A DNA stretch of 64,000 bases, from NCBI RefSeq assembly GCF_023055435.1, contig NW_025963791.1:36952001-37016000 (forward strand), in the 5' to 3' direction. A program made the position numbers and the translations under genes. This document shows positions 25,801 through 37,800 of the stretch, one piece after another (within the stretch, counting starts at the first letter, position 1; every line of letters starts with the position of its first letter). This DNA is from Haliotis rufescens (lineage: Eukaryota). The notes below the pieces were generated by a model. The model was given only the letters and a program-made list of their open reading frames with translations, searched no databases and had not been told where the DNA came from.

Positions 25801-28800
25801 ACAGCATTAAATCAGGTAACATGACTTTGGCTCTATTCTGATTATATATTTGTGACGACTTGTTCAAGAGGTGATTAGATATTCTTGATGACTAGTTCAA
25901 GAGGTGATAAAAAAATATGAAGTTGAACTATGTATGACCTTTGGTATTGAATTTTTGGAGGTGGATGGGAATCCTGTAATTTATATGTTAATTTTGATTA
26001 AGTAAGGAATGGAAACGGAAAATTTGTCTGTGAGATTGCCAGAAGGACATGTATTCTCTTATGCCTATTGATTTACTTCTCTCCTCTGTGAAAATCATTT
26101 TTAGTGTCACTCACTCATTCTGCTGAAATACAGTATTACTATCTTCTTAGTATTTTACAAAAAGATTATACATCCCACATCTTCCAGAAATCAAGCACCA
26201 CACCTTGAATACAAGAACTACCTTGGATTCTTGTCAACTGCCATTACAACATGCAATTAGGTGTTCCACTGTCAGCGTTCTAGACAGGGACATGTGACCA
26301 TAGATTTGTCCCAGCAGTTGATGGCCTTGTAACCACAACAAACAACAGTAGTTGTCATCAGCCATCATGTTATGTTCTATAACTGGCCCATCACCTGTTT
26401 ATGGGAGCAGCTATTGTAGGTACTTGGACCTAAATCTCGAGAAAGTCATTTCTAGTTTGTGCATGTCTGTGAAGCCTGAGATTCATTCCGGTTGGTGTCA
26501 TTTAATAAATCCCACCCTTTTGATAGACAGTTTAATGGTTGTGATTCAATTGTCAATGTATAGATTGAAGTGTGTTATTCACCGATTGTGTTGTTTTTTT
26601 TAAAGTAGAAAGGAACCAATTGAAAGTTGTTGTTTTTTATGTTAGTATTTTTTTATTTTTCGGGTTGACAGTGAAAATATGTTTATGTTTCAGCGGTAGA
26701 AACTAACAGTTTTACTCTACTAGTCCTTATAATGATAACATATAGCAAAACCCTAAAAAAATGGCCAATTTCTACTCGTCCTTATGATACCTTAACTATT
26801 GGGCAGTTTGGCCAGGACTACAGGACTAGTGCCAATTTCTAATGCTGTGTTTCAGTGCTTAAGATTTATCTAAATGATTGATATTCAATTTAGTGTTCAT
26901 TTACATGTTGATATGACATGTTTCTCAAGTGTATGCACAGTTTGTAGTAATAACAATACTCCGGTAGCCTTGGCAGCGCTGACTGTCACAACTTCTATAC
27001 TTTTAAAGAGACTTTCTATTTTCAAAGCGCTAGGATCGCTTTGTGAAACGGCTCCCTGAACTTCAGAATCATATCAATGACACCCTTTATTCAATACTTG
27101 GTAATGTGGGCACCAAGTTTTAGACTACAACAAGTATTCAGTTTTACACCAGAATAATAAACCATGCTGAATGAATTCCTACACGTCTTGATATTAAAGT
27201 AGGCATTCCTACTCAAGGAAAAGTAAGGCTCCACTTTGAACAAATGATATGCCTCTTTAGGGTTGTGTTCATCTGTGATAGAGCTCAGACTTGTTATATC
27301 AGATTCTACCATTGAATGTATTGAGAAGCTTGGCCCATTAGCGACAGGAGTATATTTGAATGGGGTGATTTCATTCCCAGGAGATATTCACTGATCCATG
27401 CTCTGTAAATTAACTCTGTTATGTGTTGGCTTGACTAAGTGGGCTTGTTTGTGGACACTGTGCCAAATAGGCCCCTAAATAGATGTTGATAGGTGCTATT
27501 ACTAGTGTTAGTCCGTTACACAATGACATGTGTTTATTCAGCCCGCGGTGACAGTTCCATAGCAAGTGTTTGGCCACTTTTACGTCACACAATGAAGGGT
27601 TCGTATACGTTACATACGCACCTCAACACCTGTGTTTGGGGAGAAAAAGTGTGGCATTAATTCCAGTCACTGACATCAATTAAGCAGTTTATGAAGTGTT
27701 TAGGGTTTATAGATTGCACACTATGTCTCTTTTATTGGTGTAATATTTCTTTGATCGCATGATTTTCTTTGATTTTTTTCAGATTATCTGTTAACTGCTG
27801 TTGCAGATGTATTCATTATGTAGTGTATGATGTTTGCATCAACAGATGTCATTAGCACTGGTTCAATATTTGGTGTAGAAATTCATATAACTTTGATATT
27901 GCCAGCCTTTATGAAATGAATGGTATATGGCCTAACTGATGAATTATCTGGTGGTAAGTTGGCTGTGTGGTGTTTGCCTTATCAGCTAAGGGAGGGTTGT
28001 ATTAAGGACTGTGGCTCCTGTCAACTTCATTAGTCAAGTGGACACCAACACCCAACAATTGCGGTCACTCTCCTCAGGAGCATAGCATTGTTGTCTGTTC
28101 ACGGACAAGCTTTTAATAAGTCAGTCCTTTCTAGGTAAGATTATTGTTATTAATATTCTATTTAATTTTTATCCCCCTGGCATATAATGCGGGGGGATAT
28201 AGCGATCAGCCAGTCCGTCCGTCCGTCCGTCTGTCTGTCTGTCCGTCCGTCCGTAATCATTTCCTTCCCCGGAGCAGAACTCGAAAATAATTCAGTGTAT
28301 TTGATTGAAACTTGGCATATCTATCAGTCACATACTGAAGTTGTGCCTTTTGCTATTTAGGAATTTTAGAAATTTTTATTTTTTACGTTTCCATGGTAAC
28401 AAGTTGGACTTAGGTTCTATAAGGGTGGTGTTCGTTTCCGGAGCGTAACTCGAAAAACGTTAAATACTTTCTTACAAAACTTTGCATGTCTACCAGGCAC
28501 ATACTGAACTGGTGCCTTTTGCTATTTAGGAAAAGAATTTTTTATTTATTTTTTACGTTTCCATTGCAACCAGTTGGACTTAGGTTCTATAGGGTAGAGT
28601 TCGTTTCCAGAGCATAACTCAAAACCCATTCAAAACTTTTTCTTACAAAACTTTGCATGTCTATCAGACTCATGCTGAACTGGTGCCTTTTGCTATTTAG
28701 GAATTTTAGAAATTTTTATTTTTTACGTTTCCATGGTAACAAGTTTGACTTAGGTTCTATAAGGGTGATGTTCGTTTCCGGAGCGTAACTCAAAAAACGT

Positions 28801-31800
28801 TAAATACTTTCTTACAAAACTTTGCATGTCTACCAGGCACATACTAAACTGGTGCCTTTTGCTATTTAGGAAAAGAATTTTTTATTTATTTTTTACGTTT
28901 CCATTGCAACCAGTTGGACTTAGGTTCTATAGGGTAGAGTTCGTTTCCGGAGCATAACTCAAAACCCATTCAAAACTTTTTCTTACAAAACTTTGCATGT
29001 CTATCAGACTCATGCTGAACTGGTGCCTTTTGCTATTTAGGAATTTTAGAAATTTTTATTTTTTACGTTTCCATGGTAACAAGTTTGACTTAGGTTCTAT
29101 AAGGGTGATGTTCGTTTCCGGAGCGTTACTCAAAAACCGTTACATACTTTCTTACAAAACTTTGCATGTCTACCAGGCACATACTGAACTGGTGCCTTTT
29201 GCTGTTTAGGAATATCATAAATTTTTATTTTTTATGTTTCCATGGTAACAAGTTGGACTTAGGTTCTATAAGGGTGATGTTCGTTTCCGGAGCGTTACTC
29301 AAAAACCGTTACATACTTTCTTACAAAACTTTGCATGTCTACCAGGCACATACTGAACTGGTGCCTTTTGCTGTTTAGGAATATCATAAATTTTTATTTT
29401 TTATGTTTCCATGGTAACAAGTTGGACTTAGGTTCTAAAAGGGTGGTGTTCGTTTCCGGAGCGTAACTCAAAAACTGTTACTGTATTCGACGTAATAAGC
29501 GCCCCGCTCTAATAAGCGCCCACGGCGATATTTGCTAATATATTGGCAAGTGAACAATCCCAATTAGCACCCCTTCCGATTGATCAATGTACACAAGACT
29601 TGTTTACTTATGTATAATAAGCACTCGTGTGTTATATGCACACTTAATTATGGGCAATTAAATTCTGGAAAAATATATCTGTCATATATAAACAGTTCAG
29701 GCCTTCAGCATAAACCATGAAATTTATCTTTCAACTCTGTTTTTTCCACCAAAATAATATTCTAATCAGAGCCCCCTATTTCTAATTTTGAGAGCGCCCT
29801 GGGCGCTTATTACGTCGAATACGGTAAATACTTTCTTACAAAACTTTGCATGTCTACCAGGCACATACTGAACTGGTGCCTTTTGCTATTTAGGAATTTT
29901 TATTTATTTATTTTTTACGTTTCCATGGCAACAAGTTGGATTTAAGTTTTCATATAGGGTGGGTTCACTAATGGAGTATAACAAATAAACTGTTAAATAT
30001 TTCCTTGCCAAACATTGCATATCCATATATAAAGTACATACTGAACAGGTGCCATTTGATATTAAGGAGTTTTAGAAATGTTTATTTTAGAATTTCCTTT
30101 GCAGCTATTTTGACATTGGCTGAGAGAAATGTTGGGTCAGTTACCTGGTTTGGGACCATAACGTGTTAAAATGGGTGGGGGATATAGATGACTTCGTTGA
30201 CTATACGCTTGTTTCTTGTAATTTGTCATTTGTTTGCATTAAAAAAACACCACAGAAACCCACGTTTTACTTTCCATTTCATATGGATGCGACCATGCTG
30301 GATCTTTTGTTGGTAAACAATGTATGCTTCTTAAAGAACATTCAACTCTTGACTCATTACATACAGAATTGCACATTTACTTGTGGTTACTTTACAGACA
30401 GCTGCCGGGGGGATATGTCATCTTTCTGATGACTCTTGTTAAAATTTTATTGATAATTTCTTTCTTTTCCCCCGGCATGTAATGTGGGATATAGTCATAA
30501 TCGGGTCCGTCTGTACGTCCGTCCGTATTTCGTCTCTGGAGCATAACTTAAAAAAAGAAAGATTATTCATCCAAACTTGGTACATGTATTAACCAGGGGC
30601 TGAAGGGGTGCCTTTTGTTATTGTGGGGGGATTTGTCATCTTCTGATGACTCTTGGTTTTTTTGTAATTTACTTTATAATAGAATACTTCACAAAGTGTC
30701 TATTAATTTATATTTGTAAATTTACATACAAAGGATGTGCATACATCATACTTATATAATTGTTGATACTGAAAGATAATTATGAAATGGAAAAAGCATT
30801 AATAATGTTTGTGACGAAACTGAATGCAGTAGTGGTGGTGTTGAACTTGTGACCCAAGGTTTAAAGAAGATATTACCATCATTAAGAGATTATTACTGCG
30901 GCTCAGTCTTTGGTCATTGGTGGCTTTCTTTTGGGTCAGCTGGGAGATTTCATCTCTGACAATTACTGTGGTGTTGATACAGCTGATCCTGGTCAGTGCC
31001 ATACCCTGCTGGCCAGGTAACGGCCAGGTAACTGTCAGGTAACACACTGATAAGGAGCACTGATTGATCTTTTATCATCACCAGTGATTGATTGAGCAGT
31101 GCCTCTCTCCCACTGGTGCCTGACTAAACACTACTTTGTTATGAAAGCTGGTGTATCAGATATCTTGTCAACTGTTTATCAAGATATGGCCTGACACCTT
31201 CAGCCTTTGTTTTCCTTCCATAGAAGGTATATCTTGGTCCGCTAAATACCTGGGTCTGCCATTCATTGCGGCTTATCTGTCCTTGGTTGTGCTGGTCACT
31301 GCCCAGTTGCCATCGTAGTAACCAGGGGGGGCTGCCAGGCAAACAGTATTACCTTACTGGTGGGCCAGACCAGGGCAAGGGCGGCATGTGACCGCCAGGT
31401 GATAAGTTCCAGCAGTGTTTATTGGCCTGTACTGTAGATAGTCGAACAATGTACTGGGGTTGGGTGTTTCAGAACATAGTCATTCATGGTTGTCTGCTTT
31501 TGAAAAAGTTCAACAAATATTGTTATGTTTTAATAAATTTGTTATATTTTCATACTTGCCCTGCCATAGTTGTAGTAGTTATTAGGGCTGGGACAGGTAA
31601 CATGGATACTCAGGTCGGGTTGGTACTTAATAGGTTCCCCAGGTAGGGTCGGGGAATAGGGGGTTGGGTACCCGGGTTTGTAAATTTGGACTCGTCCCAG
31701 CCCTCGTAGTTGTTTATCTTAAAATGTTAACAAGTTGTTTTTTGTTAAATTGCAAAGCCTATGATAATTTAAGACAACAATATATCCATGAAATGTTTTA

Positions 31801-34800
31801 TGTCCATCCTACCCTGGATACATTTAATATGTTAATGTCTGACTGTAACCAAACTACAATTCAAAATACCGCAATGTATTTGTATTATGCCTTTATCTAC
31901 CGTGAGTCAATAATTAATACTGTGGACCAATATATGTACCATGGGTCGTTGGCATAAACATGTCTGAAATAAAGAAGCTGAAATGAAATGAAATGAAGTT
32001 GGTTTACACAGTTTTTGTGACAAAATTCAATGTGGGTGGTCAAATTTTTAAAATATTTTTTTGGTGTATGATAAATAAACAAGATTTAAGTTTGGAGGTG
32101 ATAGAGTTCTGTGTTATTAGTCAAAGTTTGACATAGCATCACCAGATTCTGTTGTCATATATACAGGGTCTGACAGCTACAATATCTTGTTAGCTCAAGG
32201 CTAGTAGATGAGGATGAGTAAAAGCAAATGAAATGGTAGCCTTTCCCTGGCTAGTGTATTATGCCACATTATTGTTGTTACAAAATAAATTTTAATGGTC
32301 TTAAGGGTACATTGTGTATAACTCTCACTGCATGATATTGCATGAAAATCTTGATTAAACTTTCCGTGACTTCAGTCAGAAACAAAACATAACATTGAAG
32401 ATCTAGAAATAAAGACACGTCTGTCCAGAACTCTAAGCATTGCATGTGTATGTGTGCAACAGTCTAAACCTTCTATTTATTGATGCAATATTGGGGCCTC
32501 GGTGCATTTCAAGGCAATTGCAGATAGGCTGGAAGTAACTTTTCAAGTCCAGTTTTCGATCACCACAACAGACATTGTTTTGATATGATATTATTTGACA
32601 GGGATTGATGGCATCATATAAGTTACCTGGGGTTATTGGTTTTAGATTTAGTACTTATTTACTGCTGTAGGGAGTTCAGTTAATAACAAGGGTATGAATC
32701 TGATGTCAGGAAAAAACTGACAGATTACTTTTACACTTCTAGGAAAACTCCTTAATCATTGTTGAAGCCCTGAAAATTCCCTTGATCGAATAAATACAGA
32801 AGCAGTGCTTCTGATGGTTTAGACACTTTAATCTTGAACTCCTCTGTTTTCCATACATTGGAAAAAGTCGGACTGCGCTCATATATCCTCCCTAGTACTC
32901 TAAGAACAGAATGAAGAAATGCACACCCAGTCTATCGATTCAATGCATGCCATGCCTGACAGTGACTGTCAATAACATTCTACAGCAATCTATGAATTTA
33001 CTTTGGTATCCATCCATCCATCCATCTTTATGATCACCTTCAAATGATCGTCCAGTTTATCAATGATGACAAACTTTGAAAGTGCCACAGGTTTATTGAC
33101 AAGTCTCCTCCTCCTCTTCCTCCTCTCTCAGTTTCAGTTTCAGTTTGTAGCATAATTGAAGCATTGAGAACTGGTTCAGAATTATAGCCCTCAGTAGTCT
33201 ACCAGACCCGAGAGAAAAAAGAAAGAAAGAAATCCAAATCAAGTCTACAATGATTTTGCAGGTCAAGATTGCCTCAGATCTGAAAATGAGCATGGTTCTG
33301 AACTCCATTTAGATTTTATTTTCTATTTTGTAGATAAACATTTTTAAATAAGATAACTTTATTTCTGGGACTAAGTGTTAGCCTAGGGCTACAGGTCAAT
33401 GAGGGACTACTACCATCATTGGATTTTGACTTGCCCTCAGCATAATTTGGTAGTATAGGGCTAGGGAACTTGCACGAAGGCTGAGTATAATGGATGCTGG
33501 TATAGGTGATTTGAAAGTGCTGTTCTGTGTATGCTGATGGTAAACCATTCATATGGACAGAGTTGTCATTACTTCATTACCTGGTAGGTGTGCCACAACG
33601 GCATGCCCAAAAACATGTTCCAAACACATTTTTTTATTCAGTGTTGAAATATGGATGATGAAATATTAATTTGTTTTCAGTCATCAGTATCAGTTCTGAG
33701 TATCAGTAATTTTGATTTTTCCTCCTTCTCTTTCAGACGAGGCTTTACCCGCACACCTATCGATGACCGCCCACCGCTTGACAGTGTTGATGAGGATCCC
33801 ATCATGCGTCAGATCCTGGACAGCATACATGAGCCTGTATCAAGGTCAGTTGCAACAGATCAATTTTATAGTTTCACCTTTAAGATGTTCTGGTTACCAG
33901 TCACTGTAACTCCTGATTGTGTTTGTTTCCCAGTAAGGTATATGGAAACTGTTTTTATCCCTACAGTTATTTTGTTGAATTAAGAAACAAAAGGAAATTC
34001 CTCAAGTACACAAAGGTTGTTGCATGTATTTGTAATGACTGGCATGTATTTGTAATGACATACCAGTAGATTAAAATGCTATGACCACCTGGCTGGAGAC
34101 ATTGCTAGAGTGAGCCCATCCCTTATCTGTGGATTTGTCTTTGTTTGGAATCCTGGGCCTACTTGCACAAAGTGCTCTCAGCTCTAAGACGGAGTCTTGG
34201 TTAAAGTATACAAGTTACAATCGTCATAACACCACAACCTCTTTGCGCAAGTGGACCCAGAATTCCTTGAATTCAGATACAGTAAGAAGTATATATGTAT
34301 ACAGTAACTTCTTTGAGAGACATTCAGAAGTTGGAGTACTATGTTGGGAAAAGATATATGGATGAACAACTTCTTTATTACAATTAGGAGTGACATTTCG
34401 GTGTAGGTTCTAACACCATTATCAAGCAGAACCTACACCAAAACATCACTCCTAATTGGAATAAAGAAGTTCTTCATCCATATCTTATCCTTACTTACGT
34501 ACACAGTACAATGAGTAGATATGTACATACCATGTTTTCAATGTAGAGCAAGAGTACATGCTGCGTTAGCCCCACTAATTTAAATTTGTAACTGAACGAG
34601 CAGTCTGAGGTTATAATGTCATGGACTGTTAAATCTACAGGTATCCTTGCTCGACACAATATGCTTACCCCCATCATGACTAAATTTAACATAAACTCTT
34701 TGGTGTTGTCTAAAATATTGAGTGAAGCTGCGTGGATTGAGTACAATATAGGTTGTCGACCTGAATTAAAAGTATGGAGCAATATACACATGTCTTCTAC

Positions 34801-37800
34801 ATAATTTCATAAGCCAGTAAGCATCCTTTAATAAAAGTAAGCAAGCTTTGAAGCTTTCATACATATCTGGCAGGACTGCTTATATGGGTTTTTTTCATTA
34901 AGTAAACAAAGAAGGAATTGCAGTGAGGTCGGCTGTTTGTTAGTGAGGCAGGTGGGAATGTAAATCAAATACATAATTAATCATTGTCTAAGAAACGGTT
35001 AGTGATATTTTTTGTCACACTTTAAACCTTTTTCACATTTATTCAAGCATAGGTGGTGGGGGTAGCCTAGTGTTTAAAGCATTGTGTCGTTCGATTCCCC
35101 ACATGAGTACAATGTGTGAAGCCCTTTTATGGTGTCCTATGTGTGATGTGGCTGGATTATTGCTAAAAGAGGCGTAAGACCATCCTCAGGGAAAGACACG
35201 GCCTTTTGTCCGTCAGGTGAAAATCCATAGGGACTAGTTGTTTTCTACCACACCCTAGCTGTTTGACATAAACCGCTAGTCAAAAATGAGCTGGAGACTA
35301 GTTTGATATGAACAATGGTATCTACTCCTGTTATTGGGTGTAATTAACTGTGCTATTTCCAGTGGTTGAAAATACCATTGAAAATACTTGAATGTTTGAT
35401 AGTGACTTGTTTTGATGTTTGAACATGTTCCAATTTATTCAGTGCAGTACTGTAAGATCTTCTTCACTATGAAATGTCGTAACCTTCTTTCTCAGGTTTG
35501 TGTAATCGTGTAGGTCAAAGGTGACTGACTTTTGTATGTATTATTCAGAGTGCCGGTCTGTGGGATGTCGTATAGGCTACTCAATCACCATGATCACACC
35601 ACATGAAATATTCAAAGAAGTATCCATGTTTCATGTTGGGGATCATGTACACAGTAATATTGAATGGGTGTGGCTGCTGCAATCAATGATTTAACTCCCT
35701 CCCTGGAGTTTATGCAATTTATCACTCCTCTTGTAGGCAGTCAGATATCAATATTTGAACCTGATGAACAGGAAGTATATGCTGAACCAGTCGAAAATTA
35801 CATTTGTTCTTTGAAGAAAGAATTAGCTTCAATGTTGGATTCATTTGATGAATCTTTGTGTGAAATGTCGTCTTGTCACATCTATGAACATGTATGTCTG
35901 TATCTATATCAACATTCATTTGAGGAATGTTTGAAAATGGTATTTTGCTTAGATTTGGAGACTTCCCAGTATTGACTGTCAGATAGCTTCAGATAACTCT
36001 GACAAGCTAATTGTCCATTGCCTGTCAGTGCTTCCTCCCTGATCTCCATTGCCTGTCAGTGTTCCTCCCTGACCTCCATTGCCTGTTAGTGCTTCCTTCC
36101 TGACCTCCATTCCCTGTCAGTGCTTCTTTCCTGACCTCCATTGCCTGTCAGTGCTTCCTACCTGATCTCCATTGCCTGTTAGTGCTTCCTCCCTGACCTC
36201 CATTGCCTGTTAGTGCTTCCTTCCTGACCTCCATTCCCTGTCAGTGCTTCTTTCCTGACCTCCATTGCCTGTCAGTGCTTCCTACCTGATCTCCATTGCC
36301 TGTTAGTGCTTGCTGCCTGACCTTCATTGCCTGTCAGTGCTTCCTCCCTGACCTTCATTATCTGTTAGTGCTTCCTCCCTGACCTCCATCGCCTGTCAGT
36401 GCTTCTTCCCTGACCTCCATTGCCTGTCAGTGCTTCCTCCCTGACCTCCATCGCCTGTCAGTGCTTCTTCCCTGATCTCCATTGCCTGTCAGTGCTTCCT
36501 CCCTGATCTCCATTGCCTGTCAGTGCTTCCTCCCTGATCTCCATTGCCTGTCAGTGCTTCCTCCCTGATCTCCATTGCCCGTCAGTGCTTCCTCTCTGAT
36601 CTCCATTGCCTGTTAGTGCTTCCTTCCCGACCTCTATTGCCTGTTAGTGCTTCCTCTCTGACCTCCATTGCCTGTCAGTGCTTCCTGCCTGACTTCCACT
36701 GCCTGTCAGTGCTTCCTCCCTCCCTGACCTCCCGACTTCCATATCGTCTCAGTGCTTCCTGACCTCCATTGCCTGTTCAGTGCTTCTTCCTTCCCTGACT
36801 AGCAGTGCCTATCAGTCCTACCCCACTCAGCTCCCTAAGAGCCAGTGACTGTGACTGCTTTCCTGTCAGCGCAATCCCCACCCTACTGAGATCTATTCAA
36901 TATTCAGGTCACTTTTTAATCATTCCAAATAAGGCATCATGACATTGTCTGAGATAGCATCAGTGATTAGTTTAATGAGAATCATTATACATCCAGATAG
37001 CATTACTGATTCAGTGACAGTATTTCCATGATTAAATCCTAGTTCCTATAACCTGCAGTAGTCATTAGGTGTAAGTGAATGTGCTGTGCATGTCGCTACC
37101 ACTAATGTTGGGCGTGGTCATTGTGCCCGTGCATAGTGCAGTGTAGTTGCTGCATGGGCCATATAAAACATGCTTGACGGGCAGAATAAATATGACATTC
37201 ATTTATTGACTCATTATGTTTTCTCACAGACTATTCAATCGTAAAAATTTTTTTTTTAGGTTGAAACAAGTTTTGAATGTCATGTAAACGTGCTAGCTTG
37301 CTCCTAGAATTGGTTGATGTAAATCCAAATATGTGCTGTTGTATATATTTACCTGTCTACCCTATTCACTCTTTGTAAATTGAATGGTTGTACTCACATA
37401 CATATTTTTAAGATTGTGTAATGACCCCACATTTTTTTTTAAGGATTTATGATACACTTAAAATTTCCATGATCTGAAGTAGATTTGATTTGTTGGTTAT
37501 TTATAAAAGACCTGGAAATATGTTTGTGGTTCAATCCCCAGTCCGCACCATACCAAAAGATTGTACCCTGGGGTTCTTCTGGTGCTTGTTAAGGGGACAA
37601 AACAGGGACTGGCCAGCTTGGAGTATAATGTGTCAGTATACCGTGTCTGAGTGTCTGAGTGGCAAGGCATCTCATCTCAGCATGGCCACACATACATGTC
37701 ACCATGTAAGTGAATAGTCTTGAAAGTGATGGGGGCACGGGTGGCCCAGTCGTCTAAGGTGCCGCGATTTGCTGTGCAGAGTTGCGTCCCTTGGGCATGC

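Larger units (their letters stand above)
28271..30110 (+). repeat. ~169-bp satellite, ~9.5 monomers, including a 340-bp dimeric higher-order repeat
   Basis: GGAGC-type register at 28271, 28440, 28609, 28780, 28949, 29120, 29289, 29458 and 29973 (after the MITE); 28440-28779 is nearly identical to 28780-29119. Confidence 0.95.
28166..30440 (+). mobile_element. Non-autonomous Helentron-associated element (HINE/DINE-1-like) with central 169-bp tandem array
   Basis: T-rich 5' flank, subterminal ATCCCCC...GGGGGGAT inverted repeat, (GTCY)n microsatellite at 28213-28253, 3' subterminal GGGGGGATAT, then hairpin GTCATC-tttct-GATGAC and TCTTGTT. Confidence 0.85.

Noticed and set aside
28271-30110. 169-bp array as a hammerhead retrozyme
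   Set aside because: No CUGANGA core was found on either strand of the monomer, and the array is bounded by HINE termini.
35664-35975. 103-aa acidic ORF in intron 2
   Set aside because: No recognisable domain, and exons 2 and 3 join in frame without it. It cannot be supported without a homology search.
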